The notes: generated by a model not told the origin, from the sequence alone. Shown: positions 20,796-34,555, counted from the stretch's first letter. The stretch is 64,000 nt of DNA from Pseudomonadota bacterium (GCA_027624315.1 JAQBXX010000001.1:62203-126202); one strand, 5' to 3'. A program made the numbers and translations.

Positions 20796-22043
20796 CTAAC
20801 CGTGCAGTGCGCCGAATGCCCTGGCCGGCGCGCTTGCCTCGCTCTTTACCGCAGACGCCGCGCCGTTCAGCGTGGCCTGCAATCCCCGGCGATAGCAGTC
20901 GAGCGCGGCGGACTGCTCGCCCAACTGTTCATGCAGGCTGCCCAGTGTCTGATAGGTCTCGGCCCGCGCGGCAAGATTGAGACTCCCCTCCAGATAGGTG
21001 CGCGCCTTGCCCCACAGGCGATGGCACATGCACAAGCGGCCCAGCGTGAGCAATAACATGGGGTCGTTGCCGTGGCCTGCCAGCCAGCCCTCGGCACGCG
21101 CCAACTGCTCGGTAGCGTCGGCGGCCTGCACTAGGCCGTACAGATGTACCAGATCATCGCTCCACTCCCGGCGTAACGTGCGGTACAGCAGCGCCTCTGC
21201 ATCATCCTCGCGGCCCTGTTTGCGCAGACATTGTGCATACTGGAGCACGAGCCGGGGATGGGACTGCAATGCCTTGGGCACCTGCGCCCATACCAACCGC
21301 ACAGCATTGTTATCCGGGGCACGCGCGGCCATCTCCAGCACCGCGCCATGGGTTTTTATCTCCAGCTCATCGGCTTCGTGTGCGCTGATCACCGCGCGCT
21401 TGCGTAACTCGGGAATCAGCTTGACCAACTGGCCCCAGTCGCCGAGCGCCACACTGAGCTGCATCAGCAAGCGCAACACATAGGCATGCTTGGGTGCGAG
21501 ATCATACAGGCGATTGAGCGTGGCCAGCGCCTGTTCGAGTTGCTGGTGACTGAGCTGGAGTTCGGCCTGGACCAGCCCCACCGCGACATCCGCCTGCGGC
21601 GTGCTCGCATGCGCCAGACGCAGATGATCGTCGCGCCTCTCATGCGCGCCCAGACGCTGCGCCGCGCGCGCGGCGGCGAGGTAATTGAGCAGCGGCGTAT
21701 CGCTGTGCTCCGCATACTTGAGCAGTGTGCCCTCCGCCTCGCGCCACGCCCCTTCTTCCAGTTGAATCAATCCGCGCGTGAGGGCGTTGCGCGCCTTGAC
21801 GCGGCGGCGCTCGCGGCGCAAGGCGCGGATGTGCTCTGGCAGGCGCCAGGCCTGTATCACGAAACGGATCATAAAATAAAGCAGCAGAAAGGCAACCAGC
21901 AGCAGCACCACAAACGTCACCAGGGTGATCTCGGCGGACCAGTGGCCGCGGCTCAGCAACACATAACCGGGATCGGTTTGCGCAACCAGCGCCAGCAGCA
22001 CCGAGAGCAGCAGCACCAGAACAATCGTGACGAGCAACTTCAT
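20796..22043 (-). CDS. hemY: HemY-like TPR membrane protein (heme biosynthesis-associated)
   Basis: 415 aa with N-terminal transmembrane helices and TPR repeats. Last gene of the hemCDXY operon. Confidence 0.8.
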   Translation of the reverse strand: MKLLVTIVLVLLLSVLLALVAQTDPGYVLLSRGHWSAEITLVTFVVLLLVAFLLLYFMIRFVIQAWRLPEHIRALRRERRRVKARNALTRGLIQLEEGAWREAEGTLLKYAEHSDTPLLNYLAAARAAQRLGAHERRDDHLRLAHASTPQADVAVGLVQAELQLSHQQLEQALATLNRLYDLAPKHAYVLRLLMQLSVALGDWGQLVKLIPELRKRAVISAHEADELEIKTHGAVLEMAARAPDNNAVRLVWAQVPKALQSHPRLVLQYAQCLRKQGREDDAEALLYRTLRREWSDDLVHLYGLVQAADATEQLARAEGWLAGHGNDPMLLLTLGRLCMCHRLWGKARTYLEGSLNLAARAETYQTLGSLHEQLGEQSAALDCYRRGLQATLNGAASAVKSEASAPARAFGALHG

Positions 22044-23026
22044 GGTGGCGTCGTTCCGTTGCTGAATGTGCCTGCTTCAGATTGTATGAGGTCGTGCAGC
22101 AGCGCCTGCAGGGAGGATAGCTCCGGCAGCGGCGGGGCGATGTCGGTTTGCTCCAGCGCATCCAGCGCCTCCAGCAGCGCCGTGGTTGGCGCGGCCTGGA
22201 CATCAAAATAGCGCTTGATCCAGCTGCGCGCCGTGCCGAGACTGGCGTGAAAAGCGCGCGCATCGCGCCGCAGCACACTCAGGCGCGCCGCCTCCAGCTC
22301 AAGCCGCAGATTCTGATACAGAAAATACTGCTGGGCAGGCGGCAGCAGCGGCACCACCGTTTCATCCCGGTGCCGTATCGCCACTAGGGTTTTCAGTTCG
22401 GCCCAGAGGCCCTGCAACAGGGTTTTCCAATGCGACGTCTGCAGCGGCGCAGGCGACGGCACCGCCGTTGCGACACGGGCAACGGGAAGCTCCTCCACGC
22501 GCGCCGACCAGTCCTGCAGTCGCAGCGCCAGTTGAGCAATATCCGGCGCCCGCACCTCACGCAACGCGCGCAGCGTGCCGGCAAGCTGTGTCTTGACGGC
22601 AAGCAGCCGGGAATCATCGATCCCCTGCAAGCGCTGTTCGGCAGCCGCAAGCGCATCGATGGCGCCGGGCAGATCATACGCAAAGGAAAGGTGATAGTGC
22701 GCAATGCGCACCAGAGAGTCGGCCTCGACCGCTACACGCACAAGCGTGTCACGATATGCCTCAGCGCGCAGTTTATCGAGCGCCGCCTGCGTCACCTGCT
22801 GCTGTTCGCGCAGGGCCTGCGCTGCGGACTCCTCCTGCCGGATTCCCGCCTGCAACTGTTCCACCTGGGCGGCAAGGCGCTCCTGCCGGTGGCCCACATG
22901 CCACAGGCCATAGGCTGCCGCCGCCGCGCTCAGCACCACCAGTAGGGCAAGCAGCGCAACCCACAGGCGTTGCCTGCCGCCGGCGTTGTGCGTCTCTGCG
23001 TTGTCTTGGTCGTTCATGATTAGCAC
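22040..23026 (-). CDS. hemX: HemX (uroporphyrin-III C-methyltransferase-like membrane protein)
   Basis: 328 aa with an N-terminal transmembrane helix and Gln/Ala-rich coiled coil. Operon position between hemD and hemY. ATGA overlap with hemY. Confidence 0.75.
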   Translation of the reverse strand: MLIMNDQDNAETHNAGGRQRLWVALLALLVVLSAAAAAYGLWHVGHRQERLAAQVEQLQAGIRQEESAAQALREQQQVTQAALDKLRAEAYRDTLVRVAVEADSLVRIAHYHLSFAYDLPGAIDALAAAEQRLQGIDDSRLLAVKTQLAGTLRALREVRAPDIAQLALRLQDWSARVEELPVARVATAVPSPAPLQTSHWKTLLQGLWAELKTLVAIRHRDETVVPLLPPAQQYFLYQNLRLELEAARLSVLRRDARAFHASLGTARSWIKRYFDVQAAPTTALLEALDALEQTDIAPPLPELSSLQALLHDLIQSEAGTFSNGTTPP

Positions 23027-23027
23027 C

Positions 23028-23831
23028 TTAGTTATGCTGCGCTGCCGTGATTACGCCATCGATCAGGCCTTCGTCATCCGCCTGCTCCGCCACCACTGCT
23101 TTGCCAAAACCCAGGCTGCGCGCACATTCGGCGTTACGCGCGCTCATCACCACGAGCCGGGTGTGTCGCAACAGCGGCTGTCCCTGCACGCCTGCCATCT
23201 CGAACAGATTCTGCAAGCCCTCGTTGCTAGTGACAACCATAACGACTTTTTTATTGTCCTCCAATACCCGCACCAATTCCGCACCTTCACACACAGGCCG
23301 CACGCGCCGGTAGACCTCGGCGTAACTCACGTGTGCGCCGCGCTGAGTGAGCGTCTCGCCCAGTAAGGCGCGGCCGCCAGTGCCGCGAAAGATTACGATA
23401 TTTTTTCCCTGCACGTTCTGCATTTCCGGCAGCGCGAGCAAGGCCTCGCTGGTGAAACCCTCCTGCGGTTGAATATCGGCCCGCAGCCCATGCGCCTGCA
23501 ATACCTCGGCGGTGCGTCTGCCGATGGCCGCCACACGCAGCCGCGCCGGAAAACCCGCGCGCGCGGCAATCATGGGCGCGGCCTTGTGCACCGCATTTGC
23601 GCTCACAAAAATGGCGAGATCGAATTCGTCCAGACGCTGGATCAACGCACGCGCCGGGCCGCTATCCTCGACGTCAATGATTTCCAGCACGGGGAACAGG
23701 ACAGCGCGACCGCCGCGCGCCTCGATCAGATGGCACAGACGCGCCGCCTGATGACGCGGGCGCGTCACCACCACCGTGACACCTGCCAGAGTATCAGCGG
23801 CTATCGGCAAAGCGTTCGTCGGCATAGACAT
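23028..23831 (-). CDS. hemD: uroporphyrinogen-III synthase
   Basis: HemD family. Start set at the ATG at 23831 (MSMPTNALP...), giving the usual overlap with the hemC 3' end. The ORF begins at 24008. Confidence 0.75.
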   Translation of the reverse strand: MSMPTNALPIAADTLAGVTVVVTRPRHQAARLCHLIEARGGRAVLFPVLEIIDVEDSGPARALIQRLDEFDLAIFVSANAVHKAAPMIAARAGFPARLRVAAIGRRTAEVLQAHGLRADIQPQEGFTSEALLALPEMQNVQGKNIVIFRGTGGRALLGETLTQRGAHVSYAEVYRRVRPVCEGAELVRVLEDNKKVVMVVTSNEGLQNLFEMAGVQGQPLLRHTRLVVMSARNAECARSLGFGKAVVAEQADDEGLIDGVITAAQHN

Positions 23832-24744
23832 CGCGCAGAATCTCGCGCGCGCCGCGCGCGAGCAGATCATCGGCGAGCGCGATGCCGAGCTGCTCGGCCT
23901 CCGCCTGCGGGCCGCTGACCGCGCCGCGCACCACCGCGCTGCCGTCGGGCCGGCCCACCAGACCGCGCAAACTGAGCAAGCCTGCGGCGAGCAGCGCATG
24001 GCCCGCAATCGGTACCTGACAGCCGCCCTGCAGGCGATGATTCATGGCGCGCTCGGCACTCACTCGGAGGTGCGTCTCGGCGTCGTCCAGCACACGGATG
24101 AGATCATGTACGCGCGCATCGTCCGTACGGCACTCGATGCCGATGGCACCCTGACCGACGGCGGGCAGGCTCACCTCCGGCTCCAGCAACTGCGTGATGC
24201 GCGCACCGAAGCCGAGGCGCAACAGGCCCGCAGCGGCGAGTATGACTGCGTCGAACTCGCCCTCATCCAATTTCCTGAGGCGCGTATTCACATTGCCGCG
24301 CAGACTGACGATGTGCACATCCGGACGCCGCTCCTGCAACTGACACTGCCGCCGCAGACTGGACGTGCCCACGCGCGCACCCTGCGGCAACGCATCCAGC
24401 TTGGCATAGCGGTTAGACACAAACGCATCACGCGGGTCTTCACGCGCGCCGATCACCGGCAGACACAGGCCCGCCGGAAACTCCATCGGCACATCCTTCA
24501 TCGAGTGCACGGCGATATCGGCGCTGCCATCGAGCAGCGCCTGCTCCAGCTCCTTCACGAACAATCCCTTGCCGCCCACCTTGGACAGCGGCGTGTCGAG
24601 AATCTTGTCGCCCTGGGTGCTCATGCGCACCAGCTCTATCTGAATTCCGGGATGAGCCGCGAGCAGGCGGTCGCGCACATGTTCGGCCTGCCACAGCGCG
24701 AGCGGGCTTTTGCGTGTGGCAATGCGCAGTGTCTGTGTTGACAT
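23794..24744 (-). CDS. hemC: hydroxymethylbilane synthase (porphobilinogen deaminase)
   Basis: 316 aa, [18 protein letters not shown]...; the HemC signature. Confidence 0.9.
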   Translation of the reverse strand: MSTQTLRIATRKSPLALWQAEHVRDRLLAAHPGIQIELVRMSTQGDKILDTPLSKVGGKGLFVKELEQALLDGSADIAVHSMKDVPMEFPAGLCLPVIGAREDPRDAFVSNRYAKLDALPQGARVGTSSLRRQCQLQERRPDVHIVSLRGNVNTRLRKLDEGEFDAVILAAAGLLRLGFGARITQLLEPEVSLPAVGQGAIGIECRTDDARVHDLIRVLDDAETHLRVSAERAMNHRLQGGCQVPIAGHALLAAGLLSLRGLVGRPDGSAVVRGAVSGPQAEAEQLGIALADDLLARGAREILRDVYADERFADSR

Positions 24745-24771
24745 GGTATTCCCTAGAAATCAAAGCACTAA

Positions 24772-24934
24772 CAGGCTGTTGAAAAAGTCCGTCCAGGACT
24801 TTTTCAACCACGTAAAGCAAAAAATGTGATTTTTGCTTTACTTCATTTTTCAAACACTTACGTGTTTGAAAAATGGCGGCACATCCATGTACCGCACCGC
24901 AGGCTGTTGCAAAACAGAGTTTTTCAACAGCCTG
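24772..24934 (+). repeat. composite multi-hairpin intergenic element, copy B (variant terminal hairpins)
   Basis: The central modules gtaaagcaaaaaatgtgatttttgctttac, tttttcaaacacttacgtgtttgaaaaa and ggcggcacatccatgtaccgc are conserved with copies A, C and D. The terminal hairpins are replaced by caggctgttgaaaaagtccgtccaggactttttcaacc and caggctgttgcaaaacagagtttttcaacagcctg. Confidence 0.75.
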
Positions 24935-24992
24935 CTAATGCTAAGGCCTGCGCCGCCGCGAGGCAAACACTACCTGCGGAACGCGTTCGTAC

Positions 24993-25727
24993 TCACCCCG
25001 ACTTCATGCGCCGACGCAGCTCCGCCACATGCCGACGGCTGACTTCGAGCCGTTCTTCAATACCACGTAAACGCACCAGGCTATTGCCCGCAACGTCCCT
25101 CTCCAGCACGCTGATTCTGGCCGCGGCCACCAGCGCATTGCGGTGAATGCGTACAAAGCACTCACCAAACTCCTCCTCCAATGTCTTGAGTGCATCCTCG
25201 ATCAGCACCTCGCCCTCGGGGGTACGCACCGTGACGTATTTCTGGTCGGCCTTGAAATATACGATGTCGGCGACCGGAATGAGCTGGAGTGTGCCGTGCG
25301 CGTGGGCGCTGAGATATCTGCGCGCACGTGCCTCACCACTGTCGCGGCGCACAACGGCAAGCTGCGCCCGGTTCATCATCCGTGTCTTGCTAAGTGCATG
25401 CTCCAGTTGCTCTTTACGGATCGGCTTCAACAAGTAATCCGTGGCGTGCGCCTCGAAGGCGGCGAGCGCATGATCGCCGTAGGCGGTGGTGAAAATCACG
25501 GCGGGCGGCTCGTCCAGCAGGGCGAGATGCAGCGCAGCCTCCAGCCCGTCCAGCTCCGGCATGCGGATGTCCATCAGCACAACCTCCGGCAGCAACACCG
25601 CAGCGCGTGCCAGCGCCTCCTTGCCGTTGGCCGCCTCGCCTACCACCTCGTGGCCGCCAAGTTCGGCGACGAGCCCGCGCAGGCGTTCGCGCGCGAGGGC
25701 TTCGTCATCCACAATCAGAATTTTCAT
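24993..25727 (-). CDS. algR: LytTR-family response regulator AlgR
   Basis: Receiver domain (MKILIVDDE...DIRMPELDG) plus a C-terminal LytTR DNA-binding domain. Conserved algZ-algR-hemC synteny. Confidence 0.85.
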   Translation of the reverse strand: MKILIVDDEALARERLRGLVAELGGHEVVGEAANGKEALARAAVLLPEVVLMDIRMPELDGLEAALHLALLDEPPAVIFTTAYGDHALAAFEAHATDYLLKPIRKEQLEHALSKTRMMNRAQLAVVRRDSGEARARRYLSAHAHGTLQLIPVADIVYFKADQKYVTVRTPEGEVLIEDALKTLEEEFGECFVRIHRNALVAAARISVLERDVAGNSLVRLRGIEERLEVSRRHVAELRRRMKSG

Positions 25728-26830
25728 GCGTCGGACTGCACACAAGGAAAGCGGAGGCGGACACTGTAGCGCCAGCCGTTATGCTCGTCAGCCTCATCGA
25801 TGACAAGTCCGGCTTTCGTACCATAGTAAGCCACCAGACGCTCACGTACGTTGTCCACTGCGATGTGGTTGCTGTGCGGACGAAACAGCGCACCTTGTGG
25901 CGCTACCGGATTGGTGAGTGTAATTTCTATGATGCCGCCCGTATCGCGGCCCTGAATGGCGATCACGCCACCTTCCGCCAGCGGCTCAATGCCGTGATAG
26001 ACGGCGTTCTCCAGTAACGGTTGCAAGGTCAGCACCGGCACCAGCGCATCTTCCGGCACGGCATCCATATCCCACTCCACGCGCAGGCGTTCTCCCAGAC
26101 GCAGGTGTTCAATATCCAGGTACTTGCGCACCATGGCGAGTTCCTCGTGCAATGGCACGCGATTGCGCGCATCGGCCAGGCTCGCACGGAACAGGTCGGC
26201 GAGGTTCACCACTGCCGCCTCCGCCAGCTCCGGGCGGCTGCGCGTTAGACTGGCGATGATATTCATGCTGTTGAACAGGAAATGCGGCCGGATGCGCGAC
26301 TGCAGGGCCTGGATGCGTGCGTTGGACTCCGACTCGATGTTGCTCTTCCACTGGTGCTGCACATAAAAATAGCGCAACGCCACCGCGCTGATGATCGCGC
26401 TCACCGCGAGACTGCGCAGCAGAAAATCATAATGCCAGAACGCGGGCAATGGAATACCGACGACGTCACTCTGCAGCAGCCAGTACGCCGCCTCGCTGAC
26501 CAATGCCGTGACCGCAAGTAACAACAGGTAGCTCAGCAGCGCGGCGGCGCGGTTGGGCACGCGGGCAAGCCAGCGGCGGCTGGCGCACAACGCTGCGGCG
26601 CTGGTAAGCGCCACCCACTGCACAAACAGCGAGAGCACGCTGAGATCGGCCCAGCGGTCGCCGCTCTCCAGCGCCCCCAAGGCCAGCACCAGGGCAAGCA
26701 ACTCGGCGATCACCATGAGCGCCAGCACCATGCGCACACCGCAGAAATCGGGCAGAAACAGCGTGTCGCGGGAGGCTGTGGCGTTAATACTGAACTCCTT
26801 AGTAATCTTTCGAATACAGCATATAATAAC
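25724..26830 (-). CDS. algZ: sensor histidine kinase AlgZ/FimS (LytS/YehU-type)
   Basis: N-terminal transmembrane helices plus a His_kinase domain (HFLFNSMN...[13 protein letters not shown]). The 5' end is uncertain: a TAAGGAG Shine-Dalgarno is followed by an in-frame ATT, with no ATG before the conserved N-terminus. The ORF extends to 26974. ATGA overlap with algR. Confidence 0.7.
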   Translation of the reverse strand, partial: VIICCIRKITKEFSINATASRDTLFLPDFCGVRMVLALMVIAELLALVLALGALESGDRWADLSVLSLFVQWVALTSAAALCASRRWLARVPNRAAALLSYLLLLAVTALVSEAAYWLLQSDVVGIPLPAFWHYDFLLRSLAVSAIISAVALRYFYVQHQWKSNIESESNARIQALQSRIRPHFLFNSMNIIASLTRSRPELAEAAVVNLADLFRASLADARNRVPLHEELAMVRKYLDIEHLRLGERLRVEWDMDAVPEDALVPVLTLQPLLENAVYHGIEPLAEGGVIAIQGRDTGGIIEITLTNPVAPQGALFRPHSNHIAVDNVRERLVAYYGTKAGLVIDEADEHNGWRYSVRLRFPCVQSDA

Positions 26831-26857
26831 GCAGCATCCGGCAACAGCGCGCAAAAC

Positions 26858-28249
26858 ATGGCCAAAAACACATCCACTGAAAAGCCCTGGGCAGGCCGCT
26901 TCACCGAACCCACCCAGGCCTTCGTCGAGGCCTTCACCGCCTCCGTCGGCTTCGATCATCGCCTCTACAGGCATGACATCGCGGGCTCACTGGCGCACGC
27001 GCGCATGCTTGCGCACATCGGCGTGCTCAACTCCGCCGAGTGCGAGAAAATCGTGGGCGGGCTGCAGGCGATTGAGCATGCCATTGACCAGGGCAAATTC
27101 GAATGGTCGATAGCGCTGGAAGACGTGCACATGAACATCGAGGCGCGCCTTATCGAGCGCATCGGCGAGGTGGGCAAGAAACTGCACACTGGCCGCTCGC
27201 GCAATGATCAGGTGGCGACCGACATGCGGCTGTATCTGCGTGATGAAATCGACGCGGTACTGGCCGAGATGCGCCGCCTGCAGGGCGCACTGCTCGACGT
27301 AGCCGAGCGCGAAGCGGAAACCATCATGCCCGGCTATACCCATCTGCAAGTCGCGCAGCCGGTCACCTTCGGCCATCACCTGCTCGCCTGGTTTGAAATG
27401 CTGGCGCGCGACGCCGCGCGTCTGCGCGAGTGCCGTGTGCGCGTCAACGTCATGCCGCTCGGCTCGGCGGCGCTTGCCGGTACGAGCTACCCGATTGACC
27501 GCAATTACACGGCCCAACTGCTCGGCTTCGACGCGCCATGCGAAAACTCGCTCGATGCGGTCAGCGACCGCGACTTCATCATCGAATTCGTGAGTGCCGC
27601 TGCGCTGCTCATGACGCACCTGTCGCGCTGCTCCGAAGAGCTGGTACTGTGGTCGTCCACGCAGTTCGGCTTCGTCGATCTGGGTGATGCGTTTTGCACC
27701 GGCTCGTCGATCATGCCGCAAAAAAAGAATCCCGACGTGCCGGAGCTCGTGCGCGGCAAGGCGGGGCGTGTGAACGGCCACCTAGTGGCGCTGCTCACCT
27801 TAATGAAGGCGCAGCCGCTCGCCTACAACAAGGACAATCAGGAGGACAAGGAGCCGCTGTTCGACACCGTGGACACGGTGAAGGGTTCGCTGCACGTATA
27901 CGCCGACATGATTCCCGCCCTGCGCGTCAATCGCGCGGCGATGCTGCACGCCGCGCGCAGCGGCTTCTCCACCGCCACCGATCTTGCGGATTATCTGGTG
28001 CGCAAGGGCGTGGCGTTTCGTGATGCGCACGAAGTCGTGGGCAAGGCGGTGCGTCACTGCATCGACTGCGGCCGCACGCTGGAGCAGCTCACGCTGGAGG
28101 AGTTGCGCGCGCACTCCCCTGTCATCGGCCAGGACGTATTTGCCGTGCTCACGGTGGAGGGCTCCGTCGCGGCGCGCGACCATGTGGGCGGCACCGCGCC
28201 GGCGCAGGTGCGCGCCGCGCTCAAACGCGCGCGCGCCCGTCTGGGCTAG
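26858..28249 (+). CDS. argH: argininosuccinate lyase
   Basis: 463 aa with fumarate-lyase signature [12 protein letters not shown]. Confidence 0.95.
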   Translation: MAKNTSTEKPWAGRFTEPTQAFVEAFTASVGFDHRLYRHDIAGSLAHARMLAHIGVLNSAECEKIVGGLQAIEHAIDQGKFEWSIALEDVHMNIEARLIERIGEVGKKLHTGRSRNDQVATDMRLYLRDEIDAVLAEMRRLQGALLDVAEREAETIMPGYTHLQVAQPVTFGHHLLAWFEMLARDAARLRECRVRVNVMPLGSAALAGTSYPIDRNYTAQLLGFDAPCENSLDAVSDRDFIIEFVSAAALLMTHLSRCSEELVLWSSTQFGFVDLGDAFCTGSSIMPQKKNPDVPELVRGKAGRVNGHLVALLTLMKAQPLAYNKDNQEDKEPLFDTVDTVKGSLHVYADMIPALRVNRAAMLHAARSGFSTATDLADYLVRKGVAFRDAHEVVGKAVRHCIDCGRTLEQLTLEELRAHSPVIGQDVFAVLTVEGSVAARDHVGGTAPAQVRAALKRARARLG

Positions 28250-28271
28250 CAACAGCTTCGAGAGACCGCCC

Positions 28272-28910
28272 ATAAAACGTCAACTTTATCTGCTTGCACT
28301 GTCGCTGCTAACGGCCGTTGCTCTGTCGTCCGGAGGATTCGCCGCAGACAAACTCTACAAATAGGTGGACGACAAGGGCGAGGTGCATTACGGCGACAAG
28401 ATCCCGCCGGAATACGCGCAGCAGGGCCACACGGAACTCAACAAGCAGGGCGTCACCGTCAAGACCACCGAGGGCGCCAAAACCGAAGAGCAGCTTGCCG
28501 GGGAAGAGCGCAAACAGCAGGCCATGGCGGATGAAAAACGCCGCGCCGACGAACAGGTCGCGCGCGACAAGGTACTGCTAAACACCTATGCGAGCGAGAC
28601 CGACATCACCCAGACGCGCGACAGAAAGCTTGCGATGATCAATGGCGAGATCACCCTGCACACAAGCTACAGCGAGAACCTGAAAAAACATCTGGCCGGC
28701 CTGGCCAATGAGGCCGCCGCTTTTGAGAACTTGGGCAAACCCCTGCCGGAGAGATTACAAAAGGATATCCGTGAGTCCACGGCGCAGGACGAAAAATACA
28801 CCACCTTCATCAAGACCAAACAGAACGAACAGGACGCTATCAAGCGCCAAGCCGAGGCCGATATACAGCGTTTCCGTGAGCTCAAGGGCGCCACTGGCGC
28901 CAAACCGTAG
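28272..28910 (+). pseudogene. DUF4124 periplasmic protein gene disrupted by a start-codon change and an in-frame amber codon
   Basis: The frame reads (ATA)KRQLYLLALSLLTAVALSSGGFAADKLYK-TAG-VDDKGEVHYGDKIPPEY. DUF4124 proteins have a signal peptide followed by YKWVD. Here the Trp codon is TAG (28362-28364) and the expected ATG is ATA (28272-28274). The downstream ORF 28365..28910 starts only on a GTG with no Shine-Dalgarno. Confidence 0.5.
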
Positions 28911-28921
28911 CGGGTTACTTA

Positions 28922-29075
28922 AGGAAGCTCCGAATAATTCCATCCAGGAATTATTCAGAGCACGAAAAACAAAAATGCGATTTTTGCTTTTCTTCACGTT
29001 TTTCAAATACTTACGTATTTGAAAAATGGCGGCACATCCATGTGCCGCAGGAACCTCTGATTAATCAGAGGTTTT
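28922..29075 (+). repeat. composite multi-hairpin intergenic element, copy C
   Basis: ggaagctccgaataattccatccaggaattattcagagc, acgaaaaacaaaaatgcgatttttgcttttc, tttttcaaatacttacgtatttgaaaaa, gcggcacatccatgtgccgc, aggaacctctgattaatcagaggtttttt. Lies between two convergent gene ends. The last module resembles an intrinsic terminator. Confidence 0.8.
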
Positions 29076-29078
29076 TTA

Positions 29079-29354
29079 TTATTTCCGGTCCCCGGTCTCG
29101 AGTTCGGCCCCCACCACCCTGCCGCGCGCATCGAGCCGCACACGGAAGCGCCCCCAACAGGCGACGCGCCCGGCCTCACAGCCGGAACCTTCCATGATGA
29201 CCTCGTCGAATCTCACTGCACACAGCGCCTGCTCGTCGTCCTCCTCCAGCAACTCAATACGCATACTGGCCGGATCCGGCCAGCCGTTTTGCGTGCACAG
29301 TTGTGCAAGCCCGGAGGAAGCGGAAAAAAATTCCTGCAAACTGGTTTGATCCAT
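29079..29354 (-). CDS. hypothetical protein (91 aa)
   Basis: An ORF with typical GC3 bias and acidic stretches. No family recognised from sequence alone. Confidence 0.45.
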   Translation of the reverse strand: MDQTSLQEFFSASSGLAQLCTQNGWPDPASMRIELLEEDDEQALCAVRFDEVIMEGSGCEAGRVACWGRFRVRLDARGRVVGAELETGDRK

Positions 29355-29407
29355 CGCGCCGTTACGATCAGATTACTTATAAGTCAGTAAGTAAGGTTCC
29401 ACGTCCC

Positions 29408-29462
29408 GCTACGTCTCCGCCCCCTGTTTAGGGGGCGGGATAGGGTGGGGGTAGAGTAAACA
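29408..29462. repeat. GC-rich REP-like repeat, near-identical to the copy at 1476-1530
   Basis: ctccgccccctgtttagggggcgggatagggtgggggtagagtaaac against 1476-1530 tccccgccccttgtttagggggcgggacagggtgggggtagagtaagg. Confidence 0.75.
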
Positions 29463-29470
29463 CGGTATTA

Positions 29471-31789
<2,319 letters not shown>

Positions 31790-31842
31790 TTCTTGTTCTC
31801 TTTGCTTTCCCTTGCTACTCGTTACTTATTTACGGAAGCTCT

Positions 31843-31984
31843 GAATAATTCCATCCAGGAATTATCAGAGCACGAAAAGCAAAAATGTGATTTTTTCTTT
31901 TCTTCATTTTTCAAATACTTACGTATTTGAAAAATGGCGCTACACCCCTGTAGCGCAGGAACCTCTGACACATCAGAGGTTCCT
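31843..31984 (+). repeat. composite multi-hairpin intergenic element, copy D
   Basis: About 90% identical to copy C. The gcgctacacccctgtagcgc module shows compensatory changes relative to gcggcacatccatgtgccgc. The last hairpin abuts the dut stop codon. The element lies 54 bp upstream of the algC start. Confidence 0.8.
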
Positions 31985-32439
31985 TACTGTCTTCCCGAAT
32001 GCCCGAAACCGCCGGCGCCGCGCTGAGTCTCGTCAAACGACTCGACGATATCAAAGCGTGCGCGTACTACGGGCACAAACACCATCTGCGCGATGCGTTC
32101 ACCCGCGTTGACGGTGAAAGGCTCGCTGCTCCGGTTCCAGCACGAGACCAGCACCTGGCCCTGATAATCCGAGTCGATCAGGCCGACCAGGTTGCCGAGC
32201 ACGATGCCGTGCTTGTGGCCGAGACCGGAGCGCGGCAACAGCACCGCCGCGAGCGCGGCGTCGGCGATGTGCATCGCCATGCCGGTCGGGATCAGGTGGG
32301 TCTCGCCCGGCTTGATGAGCAGCGGGCTGTCGAGACACGCGCGCAAGTCGATGCCTGCGGAGCCGTCCGTGGCGTACGCGGGCAGCGGAAATTCATTGCC
32401 GAGGCGCGCATCAAGAATCTTGAGTTGTATGCTTTGCAT
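31984..32439 (-). CDS. dut: dUTP diphosphatase
   Basis: [34 protein letters not shown]... Start at the ATG at 32439; the ORF begins at 32496. Confidence 0.9.
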   Translation of the reverse strand: MQSIQLKILDARLGNEFPLPAYATDGSAGIDLRACLDSPLLIKPGETHLIPTGMAMHIADAALAAVLLPRSGLGHKHGIVLGNLVGLIDSDYQGQVLVSCWNRSSEPFTVNAGERIAQMVFVPVVRARFDIVESFDETQRGAGGFGHSGRQ

Positions 32440-33628
32440 GATATCTCTCTGCGATGATGGCGACGAGTTCGCGCGCCAGCCGGGCCTTCGACGCACGCGG
32501 CAACAGCCTGCCGCCGCCCTCCCAAAACAGTTTGAGTTCGTTTTCGTCGCTGTCGAAACCCAAGCCCGGTTGATTCACCCAATTGGCGGCGATCATATCG
32601 AGTTTTTTCGCGGCGCGCTTGGCTTGCGCGTTAAGCTCGAGATTCTCCGTCTCGGCGGCAAAGCCCACGGTAAAGGGTGCCTGCGGCAGTGCCGCAACGT
32701 CTTCCAGAATGTCCGGATTGCACACCAGCGCAAGCGCGAGGTTTTCTGTTGTCTTTTTCATTTTCTGTGGAGCACTCTCTGCGGTCTGATAATCCGCGAC
32801 TGCGGCGGCGCCGATGAAGATGTCATGCTGCGGCGCACGCGCAAGCACCGCCTCGTGCATTTCCCTTGCGCTTGTCACGTCCACGCGCGCCACGCGCTCC
32901 AGTGCAGCGAGCGCCACCGGGCCGCTCACCAGCGTCACCTGCGCGCCTGCCTCGGCAGCGGCCTCGGCCAGCGCGTAGCCCATCTTGCCCGAACTGCGAT
33001 TGCTGATATAACGCACGGGGTCTATCGCCTCGCGCGTGGGGCCGGCACTCACCAGCACACGCAGGCCAGAAAGCAGGCCGGTCTCGAACAGGGCGGCGGC
33101 GAGAGGCACGATGTCCGCAGGCTCCAGCATACGTCCCGGCCCGATTTCGCCGCACGCCTGCGAACCCTCCGCGGGGCCGAACAGGCGTATGCCGCGCTGC
33201 TCAAGAATTTCCCTGTTCGCCTGTGTCGCCGCATTCAGCCACATCTGCCGGTTCATCGCCGCCGCGAGCGCCAGCGGCGCGGCAGTCGCCAGGCACAGCG
33301 TGCTGAGCAGGTCGTCGGCGCGACCGTGCGCCAGCCTGGCCATAAAATCGGCGCTCGCGGGCGCGACCAGCACCGCATCGGCCCAGCGCGCAAGTTCGAT
33401 GTGCCCCATTGCCGCCTCGGCGTGCGGATCGAAAATATCGAGGCGTACCTCATGCCCGGACAAGGCCTGCAAGGTCAGCGGGGTGATGAATTCCGTGGCC
33501 GCGCGCGTCATCACCACACGCACGTCGGCGCCCGCCTCGCGCAGGCGGCGCGTGAGGTCGGCGCTCTTGTATGCGGCGATGCCGCCGGTAACACCGAGCA
33601 GAACGCGCTTGTTGGTCAAGGATTTCAT
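32411..33628 (-). CDS. coaBC: bifunctional phosphopantothenoylcysteine decarboxylase / phosphopantothenate-cysteine ligase
   Basis: 405 aa with a flavoprotein N-terminal domain ([13 protein letters not shown]) and a CoaB domain. Overlaps the dut start. Confidence 0.9.
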   Translation of the reverse strand: MKSLTNKRVLLGVTGGIAAYKSADLTRRLREAGADVRVVMTRAATEFITPLTLQALSGHEVRLDIFDPHAEAAMGHIELARWADAVLVAPASADFMARLAHGRADDLLSTLCLATAAPLALAAAMNRQMWLNAATQANREILEQRGIRLFGPAEGSQACGEIGPGRMLEPADIVPLAAALFETGLLSGLRVLVSAGPTREAIDPVRYISNRSSGKMGYALAEAAAEAGAQVTLVSGPVALAALERVARVDVTSAREMHEAVLARAPQHDIFIGAAAVADYQTAESAPQKMKKTTENLALALVCNPDILEDVAALPQAPFTVGFAAETENLELNAQAKRAAKKLDMIAANWVNQPGLGFDSDENELKLFWEGGGRLLPRASKARLARELVAIIAERYHAKHTTQDS

Positions 33629-33795
33629 GGTAGGATAAATTTTACCCTAATCAAACGCTTAACGGGGGAACCAATTCACTTTCGCGCCGCGCGGAATAAA
33701 TCCGCGCGGGCGACCAAAGGGGGGAGCGAACGCCTCTCCCCTTTGGAAACCCGATTTGCTAAGGAGCCCGCTGCAAACTGCGGGGCAGAAAAGTT

Positions 33796-34470
33796 ATGCC
33801 CATCACCGACTGGCCGCAAGAGGAACGCCCGCGCGAAAAGCTGCTGGCGCGTGGGCCGGGCGCACTCTCCGACGCCGAATTGCTCGCCATTTTCCTACGC
33901 ACCGGGGTACGCGGCAAAACGGCGGTGGATCTGGGGCGTGATCTGCTGCAACAGTTCGGCAGCCTGCGCGCCTTGCTGGAGGCGGATCATGCACACCTCT
34001 GCTCCGCTACGGGACTGGGGCCGGCCAAATCCACCCAGCTCCAGGCCATACTGGAAATGGCGCGGCGGCACCTCGGCGAGCAGCTCGCGCGCGGCGATGC
34101 GCTATCCCACCCCGATGCCACCCGTAACTTCCTCACCGCCCACCTGCGCGCCTACCGCCATGAGGTCTTTGGCTGCCTGTTTCTCGACCAGCGCCACCGC
34201 GTCATCGCCTTCGACGAGCTGTTTCACGGCACCATCGACGGCGCCAGTGTGCACCCGCGTGAAGTGGTCAAACGTGCCCTGGGCCATAATGCCGCCGCCG
34301 TGATCCTGGCGCACAACCACCCCTCCGGGGTGGCCGAACCGAGCGAGGCCGACCGCCACATCACCCAGCGGCTGAAGGCGGCGCTGGCGCTCATCGACAT
34401 CCGGCTGCTGGACCACTTCATCATCGGCGATGGGCGGGCAGTCTCGCTGGCCGAGCGCGGGCTGTTATAA
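33796..34470 (+). CDS. radC: RadC-family JAB/MPN domain protein
   Basis: 224 aa with an HhH N-terminus and JAMM motif HNHPSG. Confidence 0.85.
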   Translation: MPITDWPQEERPREKLLARGPGALSDAELLAIFLRTGVRGKTAVDLGRDLLQQFGSLRALLEADHAHLCSATGLGPAKSTQLQAILEMARRHLGEQLARGDALSHPDATRNFLTAHLRAYRHEVFGCLFLDQRHRVIAFDELFHGTIDGASVHPREVVKRALGHNAAAVILAHNHPSGVAEPSEADRHITQRLKAALALIDIRLLDHFIIGDGRAVSLAERGLL

Positions 34471-34555
34471 AGTCTAACGCCTATAGTCCTTGTGGCCGGG
34501 CCCCTGTTTTTGCTAGAATTGGCGGCTTGCAAGTGATTGTTTAAGGGATTTCACC

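Noticed and set aside
25724-26974. 416-aa version of algZ starting at 26974
   Set aside because: Would overlap the divergent argH coding sequence by more than 100 bp. The conserved AlgZ N-terminus begins near 26830.
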